Origin: Callorhinchus milii | Lineage: Eukaryota | Assembly: GCF_018977255.1 (NCBI RefSeq) | Contig: NW_024704755.1 | Coordinates: 15,686,001 to 15,750,000, forward strand | DNA: 64,000 nucleotides | Direction of reading: 5' to 3' | Part shown: piece by piece, positions 47,966 to 56,800 of the stretch | How the letters are laid out: each line of letters starts with the position of its first letter | Position numbering within the stretch: the stretch's first letter is position 1 | The notes under the pieces: model-generated | Seen by the model: the letters and a program-made list of their open reading frames with translations, nothing else | The model's database searches: none | What the model was told of the DNA's origin: nothing | Position numbers and translations under genes: made by a program

Positions 47966-49161
47966 CAGGGCCAGATTAAGCTTGATGGGGGTCTAAGGCT
48001 ATTATAGTTTGGGGGCCTCTCTTCCATGTTCAATTCCTTTCTTGCACTGTTTTACCACCCACAGCGAAGCCAAACACTAATTGTTAATTTACCTTGATTA
48101 TTTCAGTTCCGTTTTTTTTTAATGTGATATAACAATTGTAAAGCTCAATCAATGCTTCAATGAACAAAACATAACCATATTAATTTCAGCACAAATTGCT
48201 AGTACTAATACGCTTAGTGATGCTAAGGGTCAAAACAAACAAGGATTTCACATTAGATTTGCTGTTAAATCAGTTTTTTCCTACTTTTCTTGGCCGAAAG
48301 GTCTTCAATAATATCATTAAAATCCAGCTGCAAAGCAAATCACACTTGAATGAAGTTATTGTCAAATTATCTAATCTTGGCTGATCCATAGTTGACCTGA
48401 GTCACTCTTTAGCATCAGTGTTGAAAATGAATGACTACCTCCAGCATTAATTAATGTCAGTGTCAAAACAGTCAGACCAGATGTTGGATGTATCATGTCG
48501 TAAAGCGATGTCTACATCGGGAAATACAAAATCCAGACTCTTTTGTTGAAAAATTCAAAGCAGACTCCTCGTCTGCTGCCTTTTCTTTCTGTCTCACACT
48601 TCACACACTCTTCAATCTCTAAAGCCAGGCCGATAGAAAATTGCAGAAATTTTTGCCAAAAATTTAGGTGAAGTTTGACATTTTTTGCAGAAAGTCAGAG
48701 ACACTCAAAAAGACAGACACATTCACAGACACAGTGACAGACACCCATATACCCACATGCAGAGTCAGACACATACGGACAGAGGAGCGAGAGAGACACA
48801 TGCCCAGGGTAATCTCAACAGGAGGCGAAGCGGGAACCCTCATGGGAACGTGGGCACTCACCAGCGAAGCCCATTTCCTGCCCTTGCTGCTGCCGCCAGC
48901 CTAACACCCTGTGCCTCGCACGCCCTGGTGTAATTTTCTATTGGCCCAGTCTATCGTTTCAGCACATGCTTGAGAAGCTGAAAATGAGACAAAAGCACTT
49001 TGACCATCTGGTGAAATTTCAAGCTCTCTGGAGGTGAGAATATTAAATCGACTGTGCATGGCTCACGTTGCCATGTCTTCCCGATTCGCTCCTTGGGCGG
49101 GGAGCTCAACAGTGATGTCTTGGGCTGCAGCCCCTAAAGCCCTTGAGATAATCTGGGCCTG
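47966..49161. mobile_element. Non-autonomous DNA-transposon relic (hAT-like termini) with a nested ~325-bp TIR element at 48625-48949
   Basis: Outer inverted repeat cagggccagatta / taatctgggcctg (12/13). Inner ccaggccgatagaaaattgc / gtaattttctattggcccag (16/20). No TSD resolved. Confidence 0.5.
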
Positions 49162-49166
49162 CGGAT

Positions 49167-49493
49167 ATAATAATAATAATAATAATCCTTGCATTTGATA
49201 TAGCGCTTTTCACGTCGGGAGGACATCCCAAAGCGCTTCACAGAATATACTGTAAAGTGAGTTGACTGTATATTTGTGGGCGAACGCGGCAGCCAATTGC
49301 GCACAGCAATGTCCCACAAACAGTCATAGATTGAAAATGACCAATTTAATTATTATTTTTGTTTTTTGGAGGGATTATTATTAGGTGTGTGGAGTAAGGA
49401 AACTTGCCCAAGGTTTCGCCCTGTGCCTGGAATTGAACTCAGGTCTCTCGCTTGCAAAGCGAGTGCTCTAACCACTGAGCTACAGGACTCCAC
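49167..49493 (-). mobile_element. Full-length young SINE
   Basis: Matches the consensus on the minus strand. Confidence 0.9.
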
Positions 49494-49884
49494 TATCTGC
49501 AAAAAGGGTATTGAGAAGATAGAGATGAAGGCAATCAGAACGGTTGATAGGATAGAGGGACTGCATTAAGAGGATTGGTTAAGTAAACTAGGCATGTTCA
49601 CACTGGAAAATAGAAAGTTGAGATGATTTCTGTTTTTAAGATTCTAAAGGGAATAGATAATGTAGAGTAGACCATGACATGCCGTTTCATCGTGTCCGGA
49701 ATCGTAGAACCAGAGGACATGACCTGTGCTTGAAGTGGAGGTAAATTCAAAACCAATCTATGGAAACACTATTTCAGCGAGTGAATGGTAAATCTAAGGA
49801 ACTGGCTTCCTTGGAAGAAGCTGCAAGCAGAAAGTGTCAATTCATTCAAATGCAAATTAGATAGATAATATGTTGGGATACGAT

Positions 49885-51075
49885 TGTCATAGAATCATCG
49901 AATTGTACAGCACAAAAAGAGGCCATTCGGCCCATCGGGTTTATGCCGGCTCTTTGAAAAGAGCAATGCAACGCCAATCCCACTCCCCAGCCCTTTCCCA
50001 ATAACCCTGCAAACCCGTCCTCCTCAAATACCCTTCCACCGCGTTTTTAAAAGTTGTTATCGAATCGGCCTTGACCACCCTTTCAAGCAATGCGTTCCAG
50101 ATTCGAACAACTCACTGCATGAAAAAATTTCTTCTCACCTCCTCTCTGCTTCTTTTAGAGACTATTTGGTGACCTCGAGTCACCAACACACCCACCAGTG
50201 GGAACACTTTTTCCCTTTCTAACCTCTCAAATCCCCTCATGATTTTGAAGACCTCTATTAGATCTTCTGCTCCAATGAGAATAATCCCGGCCTCTCCAGC
50301 CTTTCCTCATAATCAAGGTCTCACATTCCTGGTACCACCCTCGTAAATCTCCTCTGCACCCTTTCCAATGCCTTAACATCCTTCCTATAGTGTGGTGCCA
50401 AGAACTGGGTGCAGTATTCCAACTGAGGCCTAACCAGTGTTTTATATAGGTTAATCATAACCTCCTGACTCTTGTACTCTATGCCCCTATTTATAAAGCG
50501 TAGTATCCCATATGCCCTTTTTAAGCTTTATCTACCTGTCCTGCCACCTTCAAGGATTCATTTACCTGCACCCCCAGGTCTCTCTGTTCTTTTACCCCCT
50601 TAAGGTTGTCTTACCAGCCGATATTGCCTCCCCTCATTCTTTCTACCAAAATGCATTATTTCGCATTTCTCTACATTGATATCATCTGCCATGTGTCTGT
50701 CCATTTTACCATTCTGCCGATGTCTTCCTGCAGTTGGCTCCTATCCTTCTCACTGTTTACCACCCGACCTAACTTTGTGTCGTCCGCAAACTTCGAAATG
50801 GTACTTGCTATACCCAAGTGCAGATCATTTATGTATATTAAGAACAGCAGTGGTCCTAATACTGATCCCTGGGGGACACCACTGTACACTTCCCTCCAGT
50901 CAGAAAAGCAGCCGTTCACCACAACTCTCTGCTTTCTGTCTCCCTGCCAGTTCTGGATCCGCTGCCACTGTCCCTTTTATACCGTGGGCTTCTATCTTTC
51001 TTACAAGTCTTTCATGTGACACTTTGTCAAATGCCTTTTGAACGTCCATATAAACTACATCAACTGCACTACCTT
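49885..51075 (-). mobile_element. CR1-clade LINE, 5'-truncated RT plus 3' end
   Basis: VDVVYMDVQKAFDKVSHERL, GVPQGSVLGPLLFLIYINDL, SKFADDTKLG, and the 3' terminus ..cgatgattctatga. Confidence 0.92.
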
Positions 51076-51565
51076 TATTATGATATAATAAATGTATATT
51101 TATAATAATATTTTGAGACATGATAAATAGTAAGTGTAGTATGCTTGGAAGAACCGGACAACTTTTAATCTTAGGTTACCAAAACTTTCCACTCTGTTAT
51201 AGACTAATCCATACAGAATTAATTTCAATCTTCATCTCCATTGTTGTAGAACGCCACTGCCAAAGTGGTGGAAGGTGAACTAGATGGGCCCTAGTCTTTT
51301 TTTCATCTAGCAATTCATATGTTCCTATGTGCTTTTCTTCAAAGGGTAATTTGTAAAACACTTCGAAAATGTAGCTACAGGGAGAAATCATAGAATTATA
51401 CAGTAGAGAAGGAGGCCATTTGGCCCATTTCTCTTTGAAAAGAGAAACAACCAACAGAAAATTGTTCAGCAGAGCAGAAATGTACAGTATAAAAAGGTAA
51501 CCATATTAGAAAAACATAAAAACAAAGAGATCCCCCCCAAAAAAAAAATCCAGAGGGGGAAATTC

Positions 51566-52255
51566 TGGAGAGAGGTGGGAGAGAGTGGGGTGCTGGTTTG
51601 GTGGGGGGAGAGTGGGGAGGGTTGGGGGGAGAAAAGGGGGACAGAGAGGAGGAGGGAGACACTCTCTCCTTCTCTCCCCCCTCCCCCTCTCTCACACACA
51701 CACCACACACAGTCTCTCCATCAATTACTCTGTCACTCCACTTCTCACACTGTCTCACACTCTCTCTTCCCTCTCACACTCCACCTCCCCCTCTCAACCA
51801 TTCTCTCCCGGCTCTCTTTCTCTCTCACACCCTCTTTCAATTATTCTCTCTCACTCCCCTTCTCTCCCACACACACTATCTCTATCCCCTCTCAAACTCT
51901 CAATCACTCTCTCTCAATCTCCCCACCTCTCTCTCTGTTTCTCTCCCCTTCTCCCTCACATTGACTCCCTCACATTGGCTCCCTCCCCCTCACACTCTCC
52001 CACTCTACCATTCTCTCTCACTCAATCTCTCTCTGTTCCTCTCTCACTCACAGTCTCTCTCCCTCACTCCCCCTTTCTTACCTCTCTTTCACACGCTTAC
52101 TGTCTCCTCTCTGTCTACCCCCTCATACCTCTCTTACTCCCGCCTTCTCTCCCACCTCTCTCTCTCTCCCCCTCAATCTCCCCCTCTCTCTGTTTCTCTC
52201 ACCCTTCTCCCTTACAATCACTCCCTCCACCTCACATTGTCCAACTCTCCCACTA
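51566..52255. repeat. Low-complexity tract: ~95-bp purine/G-rich run followed by a ~600-bp CT/CA-rich pyrimidine run
   Basis: Composition visible directly. It explains the long S/L/P/H-rich ORFs in the ORF track. Confidence 0.9.
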
Positions 52256-52299
52256 TAAATAATTCTCTGTGGGGGGAAGCTCCTGATCTTCCTCTCTGC

Positions 52300-52765
52300 C
52301 CCCTTGCTAATTGCCTTAAATTGATGCACTCTTGTCACTGATGCAATGTTGCGGAGATGGTGGTAGGCAGTACCAGTCATGGCGCGGATGTGGGGGAGAA
52401 AGGACAGTTCAGGGTCAAACAAGACACTCAAGATCCTGACTGGCTGGGTGAGGTTGAGTGTGCAACCGTGGATGCTGATGCTGTGGAGGCGCTGTGAAAG
52501 GTAGGACCTGAACCAGTCAAGGACTGAACCTTGAAGGTTGAGGTGGGAGGAGAGGCGGTGGAGGAGGATTGAATGGTCCACAGAGACAAAGGTGGCAGAG
52601 AGGTCGAGGAAGACGAGGATGCAAAGGGAACCCTCGTCGCACATGGTCAGGATGTCGTTTGTGACCTTGATCAGAGCAGTTTCCGTGCTGGGGCAGCACG
52701 GAAATCTGACTGGAGGGGTGCACAGAAGGAGTTGAAGGAGAGGAAAGAGCAAAGCTGGGAGGTGA
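52300..52765 (-). mobile_element. L2 RT fragment
   Basis: STETALIKVTNDIL..LVFLDLSATF..VDHSILLHRL..GSVLDWFRSYLSQR. Confidence 0.88.
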
Positions 52766-52809
52766 TGCTTCTCTCAAGGACAAATGAATAAATGTTATAT
52801 GAATGAAGT

Positions 52810-53500
52810 TAATGTCTTCACAAATGTTAATTACCTGATTCTCACACCAAAAGTAAGGCAGATATTTTTGCAGGTGACACTAACTTTGCATTAACTATAA
52901 CAGAAGAGGCAGCACACATCTTATAAGGAGAAATTGAAAGGGTATGTACATGGGTTGATAAGTGGCAAATGAAGTTCCATACAGATAAATGCAAGCGACA
53001 ACATATAGCAAGTAAGAAAAGGAAACATATGCACTCTATATATATTTAAGCTATATTGTGTGCTGGTTAGGCCTCACATGGAGACTGCATAGATTTCTGG
53101 TCACTAAAACATAAAGGGGCTTCCCAAACACTTGAAGCTACACTGAGGAGAGCAACAAAGATAATCTTCAGTGTTAGAAGAATGAGCTATGAACAATGAA
53201 AAGGAAAGTCAGTACTCTTCAGGCTTGAGAGAATAATCTCCAAGGGGAGCTTGTAGAGGTGTATACAATAAATGGGATTGAAAAAGTAAATCCAGAACAA
53301 TACTTTTGGATGCACCAAAACAGTAGAACAAAAAAAAATAGGTTTAGAGTTGCAAAATACAATTTTAGGACCAATACCACCAAATTTCTCTTTACCCAGA
53401 GAAAAGGGTGGTGGAGGGCAGGTCGTGGTATTAATTTGGAAAACAGCTTAAAGGTGTGATGGGAGGTCAGGGGGAATGCTGTTCTGCAAGAATGAGAACA
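52810..53500 (+). mobile_element. Highly decayed CR1 RT C-terminal fragment
   Basis: tttgcaggtgacactaa (FADDT-like), ..taggcctcacatggagactgc.., NSRTK motif. Confidence 0.55.
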
Positions 53501-53747
53501 GATGAGCTAAAGGATTAATTTTGTTAACTTGTGATATAATATCAATATAATATAAATCCTTTTATTTTAGAAGAAACATGAAATTATCTCTGATTCATAT
53601 CGACACGAAATGGACTAAGTTTGGACTAAGAGTAGTTCCCTTTGATAACTGTAGGAACAATGATATCATGTTATATTCAGATACAATTTCAACTTTGCTG
53701 CCTATATAATAAGTGACAGTAATCAACTTTTAAGTTCACAACTGTCT

Positions 53748-53806
53748 TTGCAAAACCCCACAAAACATTGAGAGCCAATCATCTGACCTGACAGAGGCAG
53801 GAAGTC
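53748..53806 (+). promoter_or_regulatory. Gene E proximal promoter (TTGCAAAA, CCAAT, CAGGAAGT)
   Basis: Positions about -146, -118 and -95 from ATG. Confidence 0.5.
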
Positions 53807-53893
53807 AGTCATCACTCCTTACATATAAAATCTTAAACAACTATAATTACTTACTGCAGACCAGCAGAGTACAATCATTAATCTCAGTACGAG

Positions 53894-56800
53894 ATGACAA
53901 TGTTGGCGAGTCTTGTGTTTCAGGGTGCATGTCTATTGGTATTGATTTCCACAGGTGTGTATTCCTTCTTTACCCCAATTTGCCAAAAAGGGACATAGAT
54001 TTCATAATTTTTTTGTGGATAGAATAAATCTGTGTCTTGCTCTGTGAATTACTTTGTCTCTTGCTGTAATTTTTTTTCTAATTAGCATTTGAATTTATTT
54101 CTGATAGTTGTTGACGATAGACTGATCAGAGTGACCCAACAGCCCGACCATGTGGAGGCAATTAGAGGCACTAACGTTACCTTCCATTGTATGTTTCCTG
54201 ATGCCCAATCCAACTCGCGTATAAAAGTGTACTGGTGGAAGCTGGAAGACAATGGAAACCTGCAAGTGCAGCCGGATAAAAGAAAACTGTTTGGGTTCGA
54301 CAGTGACCAAAAGAGCTTTTTTCAGCTCCTAAATGTGAGTTTCCAGGACTCTGGTGTGTATCAGTGTGTTCTCTCGCTTCAGGGGCAAATAGCAGGCAGT
54401 GGACGTGGATCACATCTGGTTGTACTCGGTAAGTACGGTTTCAGTGGAGAACGGAAATATTCCAAATTAGATATTGTGATAAAAATTCTGAAAAAGTGTG
54501 GAGGGTGTTTTCATTATTTTAAGAATATGAAACAATTATTTTAATTTTTTATCCTTTAAAATATATCCTCCTGGGGGCAGGTGGGCTCTGCTCGGAGCTG
54601 AACTAGCTCCAGCATGAAATGTTTAGCAATAGAATATCTGAATCAAGATAAACCTCTGCAATGGTATCGGTAGTCTGGCTCTTGAGCCCGACGGGTCTGC
54701 AGTATTCTGGGGCACTGCTGATAATAATAATATTAATAATTCTTGCATTTGATATAGTGATTTTCACATCTTCTACACGTCTCAAAGCGCTTCACAGAAT
54801 ATGCTGTCAAGTGAATTGACTGTATATTTGTGGGCGAAACGAGGCAACCAATTGCACACAGCAGTGTCCCACAAACAGTCGTGGATTGAAAATGACCAAT
54901 TTATTATTGTTTTTGCCTTTGGAGGCATTATGATCGCCCAGCCTGCCTGACTCATCAGTTTATCGGAAGTTAAATTGTAGATGTGTTCATACAAGATATC
55001 TTTGTGATGTGATTCGAGGGATGTTAACCTACCAAAGACCAATATCAAATGGAAGGATTTTTAAAAAAAAATTATTTAGACCATTTCAAACTCCAAATTG
55101 TTGGTGTTTAAATATAATTTCAGTCATAAATTTAATACACTTAGTTAAATATATTTTCAGTAATGATCTATTTCTTCATTTTACTGAGGAGGAATGCAAT
55201 AGAGCATATCAGCACTGGCTATATTGCTGTTGTAATCGTCTACATGGCTGGAACATTATTTTCTTCTCGGGAATTTAAACCTATAACTAGGAAAAATCAA
55301 GTGTTTTTTTGCTCAAGTTCCATGTAGGGAAAAAAATGAAAAGATTCAATTTGTATTAATGGGGAAACGCAATTGGAATTGTGGAAAACAATATTTTATT
55401 GAGTGGAGATTGAAACATTCGATGACAATGTGTGCTAGCTTTTCATGGTACTTATTTACTTTTGGGGGATTTGTAGTGATAAAGAATGTTTCCGATGACA
55501 CTTTTATAATTGTTATTGATGGCGAACAAATCAATGTTAGACCTAAAGATTTTTTTAAATCCAAAGCAAATAAACCAGAATCAAAATGTTGTGACTGGAA
55601 TGGTGTACAAATCGTAAAAGTTTAATCTCCACCAACTGAATGTAGGTTTGTTATTCTGCTGTACTGTTTGTTCTACAGTTCCTCCAACTCCATTGAAGAT
55701 TTTCTCCAAAGATCCTAAAATAGGTTCACCAGCGCCTCTGACTCTTGTGTGTGAAACAACAGCATTTTATCCTGAGAATCTTAACTTCACTTGGTATAAA
55801 AATGGCACCAAAATTACATCTGGAATAAATATCACTAAACAGCAGAATGCAGAGGGATTGTATGAAGCTTCAAGCTTTGTGGAAGAGAACAAGCCTATCC
55901 AAAGTGGGGTTGATTATATCTGTGAGGTTTCTCACATCAGCCTTCGGATTCCAGAAATTGCCAACTACACAGTTCAGTGTTCTAAAACAGGTAGGACGCC
56001 AACAACCTTACTGTCAATTAATCTTTATTTTTTCACAAGAATATTTCCCACTATTAATTACAGCAAATTATGTAACATTCACTTACTGTTTGCAGGCAAT
56101 CATATATACGTTTTTCTATCAAATACACTTTGCAATATATCCCCTGAAGCATTGTAAGACTTTCTCCTGACGTGAAAGGCACGATATTCAATATTCACAT
56201 TACTCAATATTCACGATATTTATTATTATTTTCTATTATGTCGCTTTACTTGTGCCTCAACACCAACTAATTATATTTGAAAAAGCGTCTTTCATAATCA
56301 TTGGCATGTTCTGCTTGCAACACTAAATGGAGTGAAGTAATGCTGTTTTACTTTTACGTTTGTATTGTCGTTATAGGAAATACGTCCCATCATATACTAA
56401 TATATGGAAGTGCAGGATTGACATTTCTTGTGCTTTTAATCATTGGAATAGCATGTCGATTAACGAAAAGTAAAGGTAAGACACATTCATGTTTTATTCA
56501 GGCTTAAATTTTAGTTTTATGTTAATGTAATACTTCAATGAGTAAATTAATGAATCACTTGGTAGCATGGCCATTAAAGCGGTTTAAAAGATAAAGAATA
56601 AAGCAATGCAATATTTTTTACTGAAATTTACATTGAATTTAGAAATGCAAAACACCAAACTGGTGAATTTAATTAGATGTTTGTTTACAGCAGAAGTTTA
56701 GGCTTGAGAGCAAATATCTCAAGTCTTCTCATATCTATAATTATCAGCAGAAATGTGAGTATAGAAATTTTAGAACTGATGTCAAACATGTCTTGTGTAT

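Noticed and set aside
51575-52341. Long ORFs of 129-247 aa
   Set aside because: Artefacts of a low-complexity CT tract that lacks stop codons.
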